Shown piece by piece: positions 13,012 through 26,380 of a stretch of DNA of 64,000 nucleotides. The position numbers and the translations under genes were made by a program. The notes beneath the pieces are model-generated. The model was not told where the DNA came from, did no database searches, and saw only the letters and a list, made by a program, of their open reading frames with translations. Every line of letters starts with the position of its first letter. Position 1 is the stretch's first letter. Where the stretch lies: the NCBI GenBank assembly GCA_951406725.2, contig OX597818.1, positions 111,724,001-111,788,000 on the forward strand, given 5' to 3'. This stretch comes from Octopus vulgaris. Taxonomy: Eukaryota.

Positions 13012-13882
13012 CATACATACATACATACATACATACATACACACACATATATATATATATATATTAATATATAAATTGAGATAGGGGTTGTAAGTGCAAC
13101 CCTCCATGGGATAACATATATCCAATATACTGCTAGTGAAGTGCCCAACAAAGTAATACATAAATGTTAAGAATTGCGATGCAATTAATTCATTTACTGT
13201 TTTATATGGGCAAAGGTAAAATGTTTCAGCTCACACGAAACTATAGGTAATCTAGTTGAGCACCAATTATTACGGTTCGATATTAGCATGTGTGTGTGTG
13301 TGTGTGTTTTCGACATCAACTTTTGAGAACGTCAAATAATTCTTTCGAGGAACACTGAATCTCGAAGCCAATAAAGTTTAAAATTTCAACGACTTCATGT
13401 CTTAAAACCTTTTTGAATTAGAAATTTCTCGGCTGCCTGTACGACTCGAATCCACATCTCCTGATTGACATACTGGTCATTGTAAACCGTTCGGATATAA
13501 GTATCAAAATTTAGAACCGAAACCTCTATAACTATAACTCTGATGTTTTCCCGAAGCAGTGGATGTTTCTTTTCGTTGTGAGAGTTTGCAATTAGTTAGA
13601 ACCCGTCGTGCGAATAGAATTTTGTCTACGAATGAATATAGGTATGTTTCTTAGAATATAAGCATTGGGAATTAGTCATGTTGCTATTATAGTGTTTATT
13701 TCGGTCGTTAGTTTTATGCAAGTCGAACAGTATTTATGTTGCAGGAGTGAGGACTTCATTACAGCTATCAGCCGAAAGAAATGAGAAAAAAAAACGCTGT
13801 TTTCCCTTTTCTTCAGGAACAAAAAACGACAATGGCAATAATTGCATACATGCATTTGAACACATGTGTATGAGTGCATGTC

Positions 13883-13925
<43 letters not shown>

Positions 13926-13969
13926 CTGTCTGTCTGTCTGCGTCTGTGTGTCTGTGCCATGTATGTGTG

Positions 13970-14580
13970 TCATTATTCATTTTATTTTAAGATTTTTTGC
14001 CAAAAGAGAAAGAACCGGCTTCTAACATAGATCATGGAATTTCAACATCAACAACAGGGTACTTTTGTTTATTTGTTTGTTTGTATGTTTGTATGTATGT
14101 ATGTATGTATGTATGCACATATGTATGTGCAGATTTGTATGCTTTATGTACGCATTCTCATGCATATAGTTGCATATCTAGACATGCTCATATATATTTA
14201 AATGATAGACTTCTGGAAAGTTTTACAGTTCCACTGATGGATTGGATCTGTAGTCTTCGAATTAGCTTTCTCCTTTCTGGTTTTGAGAAGCCTATTTTCT
14301 CAAGATTGGTTTTTAGGCAGTGTGTTACATATACCAGGGCCCCAATAATTACAGGTATAAACCTGTACTTGTAATCTTGATAGAGTACTTGCAGATTTCT
14401 CAATAGTTCAGCGTAGGTATTCTCTTTTTCTATGATCTTTAGCTTCATGTCACAATCTGCAGGGCAGCTAATTTCCATAACTGCGAACAGTTTCTCTTCT
14501 CTATCCCAAATCATTATATCAGGTCTGTTGTGCTTACATTTTATTGAGGTTTTCACTGGGACATTCCACCAGTACTCCGT
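13970..14580 (-). mobile_element. 5'-truncated RLE-type LINE (R4/Dong-like): endonuclease domain and 3' UTR
   Basis: ORF 14188-14556 has HNRPDIMIWD..EISCP..K..EKENTY..L..VIIGAL, a PD-(D/E)xK-type restriction-like endonuclease of site-specific LINEs. Frameshifted near the C-terminus relative to the copy at 24310. Flanked by TATG/TG repeats. Confidence 0.85.
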
Positions 14581-14599
14581 ACGTATAAGTATGTATGTT

Positions 14600-14631
<32 letters not shown>

Positions 14632-15644
14632 TGTATGTATGTATGTATGTATGTATGTATGTATGCATGTATATAGGTACGTGTGTGTGTGTGTGTGTAT
14701 TCTCTTTCCCTTTTTTAATTTTGAATATATTTCGACCGAGCACCTGCTACGTAACAAGGGAAGGTAAACAGCTTGTTTTGTCCATCATTATTTAAACCTG
14801 AATGCGTATGTGTCCTGTTTGCGTATGTATGTGATTGTGTATATGTATGTATGTGCGTGCGAATGTTTATATGTATATATGTGTGAGTGGGCACATGGAA
14901 TATGTGTGGTAGTGTGTGAATGCGTATGTTTGTGTGTGTGTATATGTATATAAGTATCTTCTTGTCTCGGTGGCTCTGCGTAAATGTCTCTCTCTCTACA
15001 TGTCTGCGTATTCATGTATGCTTATGTCTTCGAATGTATATGCAATTAGATCCGTGTGTTGTTGCGTTCCGTGTGTGTCTGTGCTTGTGTGAATGACTGA
15101 TTGTGTGTCTGTGAGAAAGTACTGGCGGATTCATAGAACATAATTACGACAAGAACTTCGGAATTAGCCTCGTTGCTAAACTTTCTTAGCTCAACATTAT
15201 AAATAATAATGACATGGGGGAACGTATACCATGATAAACATAACCAATAAATTAATACCTCAAACTATATACACACAATCGTTGTGGTATATATAAAATA
15301 TATATACAGAATTATTGTTTTTACTATCTGAAAAAAAAAAAAAATTTTTTCTGTGTCTATTTTCTCCCTTTTTTTTTTCTTTCGTGGTTGCAGGCAGGAG
15401 TAGGGGTGGGTGGGGTTGTTTTGTGATGGAGAAAAAGAAACTCCGCTTCTAAAACACAAATAATGTTAGACGTGAATTAAGCTCGCAACCAAAGTAGCCA
15501 CCATGATAGTAACACGGCTAATTTCCCCCAGTTTCTTCTCAGTTACGTTTTTAGCTGTACAGCTGTACAGATTCACGAAGACAACAACAAACACGTACAT
15601 ACATACATACATACATACATATACATATATATATATATATATAC

Positions 15645-15676
<32 letters not shown>

Positions 15677-15825
15677 GTATATAAATGTATATATATACAA
15701 ACATACATATATATATGTATGTGTATATATATATATATATATATATACATACATATGCATACAGATACATGTGTGTGAATATGCATATATATATATATGT
15801 ATATATTATATATATATATATTTAT

Positions 15826-15872
<47 letters not shown>

Positions 15873-15952
15873 GTACGAGAAGAAGCCACACATTTACGTA
15901 TACATATATAATTACATACACACGGTGACATAAATTTATACGTTGTCACATG

Positions 15953-15994
<42 letters not shown>

Positions 15995-16360
15995 CTCCCT
16001 CTCTCTTTGTCTCTCTCTCTCTTTTTCTCTCTCACACACATACGTATTTTAAAAACACATAAAACACATAAATAAACAACCGCATAAATATTCATATACT
16101 GGCACATAGATATATAAACATACCACTTCATGTATAGACATACACAAAGACATCCTCAACACTACAAATCTAAAAGAAACGATTTGAAAGAGATTTTCTC
16201 ACTGTTTTTCCGGTGCTGGGAAAAGTCATTCAAATTAAGTAAAAGATATAAAAAACACTAGTAAATCAGTTATTTTACAAGAGAAGAAATAAATAAGCGT
16301 CAAAGAGTCAAATACAAAATGAAAGACCAAGGACGTTCACACATAATATAAATGAATTGT

Positions 16361-16730
16361 ACGGAGGCGCAATGGCCCAATGGTTAGGGCAGCGGACTAG
16401 CAGTCGTAAGATTGCGTTTTGGATTCCTAGTTCTGGCGTTGTGAGTGTTTATTGAGCGAAAACACCTAAAACTCCACGAGGCTCTGGCAGAGGGTGGTGG
16501 CGAACCCTGCTGTACTCTTTCTCTCACTTCCTCTTCCTGTTTCTGTTGTACCTGTATTTCAAAGGGGCCAGCCTTGTCACACTCTGTGTTACGCTGAATC
16601 TCACCCGAGAACTACGTTAAGGGTACACGTCTGTGGAGTGCTCAGCCACTTGCACGTTAATTTCACGAGCTGTCTGTTCGGTTGATCAGATCAACTGGAA
16701 CGCTCGTCGTCGTAACCGACGGAGTGTCAC
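16361..16730 (+). mobile_element. SINE family C, full length
   Basis: tRNA-like head ggaggcgcaatggcccaatggttagggc and tail cgtcgtaaccgacggagtg. Homologous to 48666-49045. Confidence 0.9.
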
Positions 16731-16929
16731 GAAACAAGTTATCGTTGAAAGAGAGAAAGAAAAATGTTATTAAAGTGAAAGTTCAAGAGCAAAAGAATAA
16801 CGTTTCGGATATAGTCATTTGTCAGGTTTACAAAGAAAATCCCAAGGAAAAGGTGGAAACAACAGAGTAAGAGAGATGAGAAAAAAATACTCGGGGAAAC
16901 GTAGGCGAACAACTTGTGAAACACTATTT

Positions 16930-17125
16930 TAAGGCGGCGAGCTGGCAGAAACGTTAGCACGCTGGGCGAAATGCTTAGCGGTATTTCGTCTACCGTTACG
17001 TTTTGAGTTCAAATTTCGCCAAGGTCAACTTTGCCTTTCATCCTTTCGGGTTAATTAAGTACCATTTACGTACTGGGTTGATGTAATCGACTTAACTCCT
17101 TTGTCTGTCCTTGTTTAGCTCCTAT
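16930..17125 (+). mobile_element. SINE family A
   Basis: aaggcggcgagctggcagaaacgttagc head and body. Confidence 0.9.
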
Positions 17126-17499
17126 TTAAACTGTATATTTAGCCCCCATTTAAACTCTGATCTAATTGACCTTAAAACAACTTTTCTGAAAAGGGAGGGA
17201 CTGAACCCAGATGTCGGGCTAATATCAACACTGTACTTCGTAACTTGCAACTGAAAAGATAACATGGCTGCACTTTTGTACTTTATTGGTAAGTTACCGT
17301 TGTTCCAAAATATATGTTGCACGTTCACTTGGCAATATCAAATTGAAGTGGTATCGTTTGGTGGTTGGGCCGGTTTAGAAGCACTCCCTTCAAATCGGCA
17401 CAAATGTAAAAAGATTTGGCGGTCTTGATGAGGCGGTCGAACTTATTTGACTAATTTATATATAAAAAAGAGCTCATACGTTTTATTTGACCGCTGTGA

Positions 17500-17885
17500 T
17501 AGGTTTGGTCGAACAGATCAACCCTAGTACTCTTTTTGTTCGACCTGGTACTTACTCTATCTGTTGGTTTTTGCCGAAAGGCTAATTTACTTGATCGTAA
17601 ACAAACCGGCATCGGTTGTCAAGCGGTGGTTGTGGGACAAGCACAATGACACACATAGCAACGTATCTCTCTCTCTCCCTCTCCATCCTTTTCTCTCCCT
17701 CTCCATCCTTTTCTCTCCCTCTCTCTCCATCCTTCTCTCTCTCCATCCTTCTCTCTCTCCCTCTCTCTCCATCCTTCTCTCTCTCTATTCTCCTCTCTCT
17801 CTATTCTTCTCTCTCTCGCTCTAAAGGCATATATACATACACACATATATGTAACGTCCAAAAGAAAAGAAAAACGAAGACAAGA

Positions 17886-17957
<72 letters not shown>

Positions 17958-18120
17958 CACACGCCAGGTTTCTTTCAGTTTCCGTTGGTTAAATCTACTC
18001 ACAAGTCTTTTGTTAGCCCGGAACTAAAGTAGAAGACACTTGCCTATGTGACGCGCATTGAAACTCCACCCCAAAGCAAATGGTTGGGGAGCAATGTTGT
18101 TAAAGACACAACCACACCTG
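17500..18120 (-). mobile_element. Diverged SINE family B with expanded internal CT/CA repeats
   Basis: B tail at about 17500-17640 and B head at about 17965-18120, separated by microsatellite. Confidence 0.7.
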
Positions 18121-18559
18121 GACCTATACGGCACTTTCTTTGGCCGACGTCAACTCGACTCCAGTCTTCTCCTAAACTTTGTACTTATTCCAGTATTAAA
18201 CACCCATAATTCATTGTTCTGCTTGTCACGAAGTTCATATGTTCAAATACCATACTTTACAAAACCATAACTATGGAACGAAATCAAACATAAATCCATA
18301 ATCGTCTTTATCCTGATGAAACAATTATTATGAAGAACTTTATAGTTCTGCATCAAACAGAAATATAGGAATTTATTAAGCATGAAATTCTACGAGTTAT
18401 ATTTTCGATAACGTTATTTGTAGAATGGTTAGGGCGGTGCATTGGCAGAATCGTTAGAGACTATGGAAAGTGCGGATAAAATGTATTCCAGTAGTTATAG
18501 GTGCATTGGGAACTATCCCAAAAGATCTGAACAGATGGATAGAGGAAATAGGCATAAAG

Positions 18560-18760
18560 GCAAAAGACCTCTATTTGGGGCAAAGGGGCTGAGGATAGGC
18601 AATTACATCGACCCCAGTACTGATGCTTATTTTATCGACCCCGAAAGATTGAAAGGCAAAATCAGCCTCAGTGGAATTGAACTCAGAACGTGAAGACGGA
18701 CGAAATACCGCTAAGCATTTCGCCTGACATGCTAACGTTTCCGTCAGCTCGTCGCCTTAA
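18560..18760 (-). mobile_element. SINE family A
   Basis: Ends in gtcagctcgtcgcctt, the reverse complement of the A head. Confidence 0.8.
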
Positions 18761-18785
18761 TAATAATAATAACAATGACAATATC

Positions 18786-18829
<44 letters not shown>

Positions 18830-20403
18830 CAATAATAGTAATAATTATCCTTTCTAATATAGGCAGAAGGCCTGACATTTTTGAGAAGGGGATTATTCAA
18901 TTACATCGACCCCAGTGTTTCAGTGTTAACTGTAAATCGTACGATGAAGTACAAATCTCCTCACGAAATACAGATGTCGAAAAATATGAAATGATTAAAA
19001 GAAGTGCCCTGATATGAATCATTGCCGAGTTCCTTTGCCCTTGTGTTCTCGTTCTCAGAGAAGACTACGACGCTGCTTCTGAATATAGTGAAGGAATCAA
19101 GGCTGCAGTTGTCTTGATCTACAAGGTCATTGGATCAGCTTCTTTGGTTCTGATTATAGTCTTCTGTTTGATTGATGATGTCCGACAGTCCGTCATTCTT
19201 TAAGATCATCACTCACCGGTACACGTCACCAAATATAGAACTTACTCAATTCACAGGAAATTCTAACCACAACGATAACAACCGAAACATCTAACGTACG
19301 ATGAAATATAGCTTTGACATTCAGGCAATAAAGTGAGAGAAAATAAAGCGTTGAAATCTCAACAGAAGAGACAGCAGCTTTTTAATCTGAAACCATAAAA
19401 ATGTCATCGAGATAATTCTAATGTCAATATCATCGATAAATATCGTTGGTGTTCTTAGTTTAGTTAGTAGAGCATCAGACTTTTACGTGCTAATAAAGAA
19501 ATATCATTAATAATTTTCTGTATTGGAGTTCAAATGTTACCCAGTCAAATCTTATCGTTTTTTTCATTCTCTAATCAAAACAATAGATACCAGTTCTACA
19601 GAATGAATTCCAACATGTAAGCTTTTATATGAAAAAATATAAATGGCAGCGCTGTTAAAGATTAGCTTGATATATTAATCATGTTTCTATCACATTAATT
19701 CATTTCCTTAAAACGTTTTATAAACAATGATGAATAAATCCATAATCTACAGATGAAAACTTTTGTATCGTTATTGTTGACAGGTTTATTGTTGTCGCAG
19801 TTTGAAAATAAAGAGAAAATATGACCCGAGTTAACTCTTATGGCTTACAAATGTGGCAGAGGTTAAACTTGACGTGAGGGGCTGCGAAGGGGAAGTGCAG
19901 CTACGTATATTGATTTTATCTATTAAATTCCAATAATGTTAAAAGAAGAAAAGGGATGATATATTCCATTGTGAAGTTCTTCGAGACACAATTGATGAAC
20001 AGATATACTCAAGAAGATATTTAATTATTGTGGTTATTTAAGCTCGGATCAACGCTGATGAAGTAGAACTGTGGCTAAACATATTCTAGCAGTGACCCTG
20101 TCTTCTTCGATATATCTAGGACGACATTATTTATTATAACCTATTTATTAAGAGAGTGGAATATACTTTCAATTAGATTTAGCTGCTATTTCTAAAACGA
20201 ATGACCACTTAGAGGTTTCCGTACTGGCTTGGAGTCAGTATATTTTGCTACGCGTCATATACTTCTCTGTTTGGGGTTTCAAATGCCACTGGAGCCATTG
20301 TTGGATTTTCAGCTCAATAAGCTAAATACAAAATCAATTTAACCGGTTTTAACAGAAAATCGACCTAAAAATAATTACCAACGATATATTAAAACAATAA
20401 TGA

Positions 20404-20520
20404 AAGCGCATGGCTTTGTGGTTAGGGTGTCACACTGAAGATCGACAGACAGAGGGCTCGATTCCCGGAACGGGCAGTGTTTTGTTTTCTTGAACAAAAC
20501 ATTTCATTTCAAGTTGTTTT
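20404..20520 (+). mobile_element. SINE family D head (tRNA-like plus CORE-like)
   Basis: tggctttgtggttagggtg..ctcgattcccgg..ttcttgaacaaaacatttcatttc. Confidence 0.65.
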
Positions 20521-20842
20521 AGAGCTGTGTGAGGACCGGCATGTCATCGAACAGTCTCAAAGTTTCCTCGGCGCGTCGTAAAAGTTGACTAAAAAAGGTT
20601 GAGGTCGGATTTGCACTCCGACCTTATGAAACCCTCATCAGCAACGACTACCCAAACAAACCCATGGGTTGGAGGGCAGGGCGCCATCCGCTGGTGGTAG
20701 AAAATCACCAACAAATGGTGAATGCTGCGAGGCACTGTTTACTACGCATGCGTCTAACTACCACTGTTAAAAGAAAGAAAACAAGCACTCGGCTTCCATT
20801 TGAAATTGCTACATTCTCTTTTCTTTTCCCACCTAACCGTAA

Positions 20843-21040
20843 CATGTCTAGATATGCAAGTATATGCATGAGAATACATACATAAAACTAAACATACAAA
20901 TCTGCACATATACATACATGCAATTAAAAATACCCTCTTGTTGATGTTGAAATTCTAAGCAAGGAGCCTGTGATTTAGGTTAGAAACCAGCTCTTTCTCT
21001 ATTGACAAAAAATCTTGAAATAGAACTGAATAGTGACTTA
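20843..21040 (+). mobile_element. 3' UTR copy of the RLE LINE
   Basis: catgtctagatatgcaa.tatatgcatgagaat..aaaaatcttgaaat matches 13970-14190 reversed. Confidence 0.85.
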
Positions 21041-21899
21041 CCCACACACATATATGCATACACACACACACACACACATACCTACATACATACATATACA
21101 TATTTACATAGATGTATACATATGTATACAAATATATTTACATTGAGCTTTAACTTTGGGCTAATGTAACAACAACGACGACGTTGGTACCGATAATGGT
21201 TCCTTGTATCTGTGTATACTGGTTTCAAACTTTGGAAGAAGGCCAAGGGTTTTAGAGGAGGCGTAAGTGGATTACACCCACCTCAGTGTTCGCTGGTACT
21301 TATTTTATCGAACCCCTAAATGAATCGGCAGAATCTGGAGTGCGAAGAGAACAGACGAAATGTCGCGAAGCATTTTGTCCGGCGCAGAATCGATTCTGAT
21401 AAGAGCATATATCAATAACAAAATCGTTCCTAAGCCGAGTTGAAATTGCACCTGGATTTATATTAGAATATATTACTAGGAAATTAAACAAATACAGGTG
21501 TACCTCTTTTACTAATACGTGCTTCTAAGAAGGAAACTGTTATTTGACTAATATTTGGTTGTTTCGGCATATCAAATGCAATAGAAAACACACACGTTTT
21601 CTATGAAGGAAAAAATCGTTTACAAATAATGTTCAAATAATTAAAGTCTGAGGATTTGAATTATCAAATAGACTTTATTTACGAATGTCTTAAACCACAA
21701 ACAGATGATAATATAAACCACCCCCAACAAAAATACACACACGCAGGCATTACTATAGATACAGTTAACTATATACGTGTGTGTGTGTGTGGGGGGGGGT
21801 TGTATGCACCTATAAATTTCTGGAAATGTACAGATGTACAATGCAACTGTAATATATAAATAATCAAAAACAAACACAAACGTATGTACGCATGTATGT

Positions 21900-22255
21900 G
21901 ATTCCTCACTTTCATTTCAAGATTTTTTGCCAACAGAGAAAGAACTGGTTTCTAACCTAGATCCGAGGTTCCTTCACTAGAATTTTAATAACATCAACAC
22001 ATTATTTTCGCATGTATGTATGTATGTATGTATGTATGTATGTATGTATGTATGTATGTATGTATGTATGTTTGTATGTGTGCAGATTTGTATGTTTTGC
22101 TCTATGTATGTTTTCTCATGCATATTGTTGCATGTCTAGACATGCTCACATATATTTGAATAAACTCCTGAAATGCTTTACAGATATGTATATATGTATG
22201 TCATTATTCAAGATATCTTGCCAACAGAGAAAAAACCGGTCTCTAACGTAGATCC

Positions 22256-22256
<1 letters not shown>
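21900..22256 (-). mobile_element. Two 3' UTR fragments of the RLE LINE
   Basis: caagattttttgccaacagaga at about 21918 and about 22209. Homologous to 13970-14230. Confidence 0.8.
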
Positions 22257-22349
<93 letters not shown>

Positions 22350-22362
22350 CATCTATCTATCC

Positions 22363-22430
<68 letters not shown>

Positions 22431-22638
22431 ATCTATATACAGAGGTAGATAGACAGATAGGTTTCACAACTGCACACAAAGGCAAAAATGAATGCATGGA
22501 AGAATTCATACACAGGACGCGAGCACGCTCTTCTATCATCAGTCATCGTCCAAAAATCATAACGACTCCGAGATTTCAATGATAACAATATATATGTGTG
22601 TATGTGTGTGTGTATGTGCGTGTGTGTGAGTGTGTGTG

Positions 22639-22676
<38 letters not shown>

Positions 22677-22917
22677 GTATACACACACATACATATATAT
22701 GTATGTATATATATATACACACATGCATCTCTCTCTCTATATATATGTGTGTGTGGGGGGGTATATGTATGCATATATAGATACACACACTCCCACATAA
22801 ATAGACTCACATATAGATACATGCATATGTATATATCTATGCACTGTCTCTATCTGCCTGTCACTCTTTCAGCCTGTTTGTCTTCATATATATATATGTG
22901 TGTGTGTGCATGCGTAC

Positions 22918-22974
<57 letters not shown>

Positions 22975-23361
22975 GACACACAGAGAGAAAGAAGGAGGGA
23001 GAGATGAAATGAGAGAAAAATGAAGAAAGATGTAATGAGAGAAAGAGGGAGAGAGATGGAAAAGAGAGAAAGAACGGGAGGCATATTTCTGTATAATTAG
23101 TTGCAATGATTAGAGATAAGAGGATGTCAACGATGGCATTTAACAAGGGAGACCTTAAATATTAAAACCGAAAAATAAATAATGCATAAATAACTGAATT
23201 ACAGATAACGCGATCCTCTGCTCGAAAGTGGAATATTTGTGGCGGTATACGCCTGTCTGTTTGTACGCATATGAGAGTGTGAAACAGCGAATTGTATAAC
23301 ACGCTTATGAATGAAAAACATGGTTCTGCATATTGTGTTTTAATATATTTGGGGATAAATT

Positions 23362-23985
23362 AAGGCGGCGAGCTGGCAGAAACGTTAGCACGCCGGGCGA
23401 AATGCTTAGCGGTATTTCGTCTGCCATTACGTTCTGAGTTCAAATTCCGTCGAGGTCGACTTTGCTTTTCATCCTTTCGGGGTCGATTAAATAAATACTA
23501 GTTACGCACTGGGGTCGATATAATCGACTTAATCCGTTTCTCTGTCCTTGTTTGTCCTCTCTGTGTTTAGCCCCTTGTGGGTAATAAAGAAATAGGTATT
23601 TCGTCTGCCATTACGTTCTGAGTTCAAATTCCGTCGAGGTCGACTTTGCTTTTCATCTTTTCGGGGTCGATAAATTAAGTAACAGTTACGAACTGGGGTC
23701 AATCTAACCGACTTAATCCGTTTGACTTTCCTTGTGTGTCCCCTCTGTGATTAACCCCTTGTGGGCAATAAAGAAATCAGAAACGTTAGCACGTCGGGCG
23801 AAATGTTTCGCGGTATTTCGTCTGTTTTTACGTTCTGAGTTTAAATTCCGTCGAGGTCGACTTTGCCCTTTATCCTTTCGGGGTCGATGAAATAAGTTTC
23901 CTGTTACGCACTGGTGTAAATATAATCAACTAGCCCCCTTCCCCCAAAACTTTCAAGGTCTCGTGCCCAGAGAAGAAATATTCCT
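23362..23985 (+). mobile_element. Tandem trimer of SINE family A
   Basis: Three successive gttctgagtt.aaattccgtcgaggtcgac units. A fourth head starts at about 23998. Confidence 0.92.
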
Positions 23986-24244
23986 TTACTTCTCGATAAG
24001 GCGGCGAACTGGCAGAAACATGTATGTATGTAAGTCTGTATGCATGTATGTATGTGCAAGTATGTATGTATGCATGTATTTGTGTATGCATGTATGTATG
24101 TATGCATGTATGTATGTATGTATGTATGTATGTATGTATGTATGTATGTATGTATGTATGTATGTATGTATGTATGTATGTATGCATGTATGTATGTGTG
24201 TATGTATGTATGTGTGTATGTATGTATGTATGTATGTATGTATG

Positions 24245-24345
24245 TATGTGTTCTCATGTCTATAGTTACATATCTAGACATGCTCATATATATTTAAATG
24301 ATCAACTTCTGGAAAGTTTTACAGATTTTTTACAGTTCCAGTTAT
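24245..24345 (-). mobile_element. RLE LINE ORF end / 3' UTR fragment inside (TATG)n
   Basis: tctagacatgctcatatatatttaaatgat..cttctggaaagttttacag matches 14177-14235. Confidence 0.85.
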
Positions 24346-26017
24346 GCATGTATGTATGTACGTGTGTGTGTGTGTGTATGTACGTGTGTGAATGTGTGTG
24401 TGTGTGTGTGTGTTTGCATGTGTGTGTGTGCGTGTTATTCTAACAGCCTGGGAGCAATAAAAATCTAAAGACAAAGGTGGCAAAATAGTTTTATGGTCAG
24501 TTGTATAACAAGACTGAAGATTGTCTGGGCTGGCAACAATTAGTCCGCAACAGATTACATTCAAAGAAGCCGCTGAGTTTAATTACAATAAGTGGGGTTG
24601 AACAAGCTAACGTTTCGAAATCCTGGCTTTTCGTCTGAGAGTTTAGTCACAATTGGTTGCAAGCTAATAAAATGCTAGGTAGCCATCGAAATGTCTATCG
24701 TAAAATCAAAGCGACTACATTTTCTCTATTGTTATTCAGTGTCAGGCGAAGGGCAAGCCCCTACCTCGTTCGCTTATTCACTTTTCGCTATAAATGAACT
24801 TGCTGAACTTTCTTTAGAACTCTCCTCTGATGTCAGAACGTTAATGGACGAAACTAAATAGTTAAAACAAACAAACAAGCAAAAAAACACAAAAGAAACA
24901 AAAGGAGTTTAACGTGTCGGAATTATTCATGTCACGTCACATCACAAACAAGGCTTTTCATATTATTTCCAATTCAATTCTGACCGACACAGGCCAGTTC
25001 TTGCGACTTTTCCTTGCAATACAGTAGACTATTTAACCAGACGCTGTCTCTTCTACAAATACAGACACACACGCGCACACAAACATATACACATAGACAC
25101 GTTTGTGTGTATATACATATATATCTGTGTGTGTGTTTATGTGTATCTGTGTGTGTGTATTTGTATGTGTCTGTGTATACAAAACATCATATACAAATGT
25201 ATTTAACCACTATTAACAAGCAAATTACTCTTCATTTTGAACATATGTGCTCATGAATGTCGCTCACTCACACACACCACACATATATACAAACACACAG
25301 CTACAACCGTAGATATTATACACACACACACACATGCATTTATATATATATATTTTTCATTCCCTTCGAAATGACCCCTAACCGTGGTTTGGAATTTGAC
25401 TGGTCCTTCTAATATGCTAGGTTTCTTGTCAAGGCTCATCTTATGTGTTTAAATGTACACTAATTTTATGTATGTATATATGTGTATATATATATATATT
25501 CCGTAGATATAAATGAATATATGAATATATGTACGTGCTTAATCTTTCTGTGGTTTTTGCATTGTTCTTGTAGTTGCTGCTCACATTGCCTCCCCTCGGA
25601 TTAAAATGTGTATGTATATATGTATATATGTATATATGTATATATGTATATATATATTTAAATATACATATGTATATATGATGTGTGTATAATTGTCTGT
25701 ACAGAAGTAAAGTAAATGATTCACCACCGGTTTTTATGATGGGAGTTCCATTTCTTTGATGCCTTGATCTGCTTCCTCATTAAACTTATTCCAACATTTC
25801 ACAAATAAGTCCAACTAATCCTCCAAACCCGCTTCCTACAATGAGTGACAAGAAAAATGGCTATTAATTCCTGGGAAAGAAACTTGGAGAATTTTAAGAA
25901 GACACTTGCCCAATGACAGAACGCATTGTGAGCGAATCGAAGACCTTATGACTTCGATGACGTCTTAATGACATCTTCGATGAATTTATGACGTTCTAAA
26001 CACTGATGGATGTTTAG

Positions 26018-26380
26018 ACGCAGGTGTGGCTGTGTGTAGGAACTTTATTTCCGAATTTATGTGGCTCCGAGTTCAATCCTACAGCGTGGAAGCTTGTGCA
26101 AGTGTTTTTTATTTAGCCTTGGGCCGACGAATGCTTTGCGTTTAAATCTGGTTGACGGAAATAGGAACACCTCCCCACACACACACATAATTTGTGTGTT
26201 TGTGTGTGTGTACATGTGTGTGCCACTGTTTGATCCCACCGGCGCCTGACAACCGGTGTTGGTTTGTTTACGTCGTCATAAGTTAGCGGTTTGGCAGGAA
26301 ATTCTTTCGACTAAGACACTTCAAGGCGGTACCCCAGCATGGCCGCAGACCATTTGCTGAAACAAACTGCAGACAAGTAA
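26018..26380 (+). mobile_element. Diverged SINE family B
   Basis: gcaggtgtggctgtgtg head and aggcggtaccccagcatggccgcag tail. Confidence 0.8.

Noticed and set aside
13425-13500. tRNA-like B-box on the minus strand
   Set aside because: Single degenerate copy with no cloverleaf or family context.
18312-18330. Isolated CTGATGA matches (also about 20055, 20636, 22537, 34497, 36804)
   Set aside because: No stem II-GAAA-NUH-stem I arrangement, and such matches are expected by chance.
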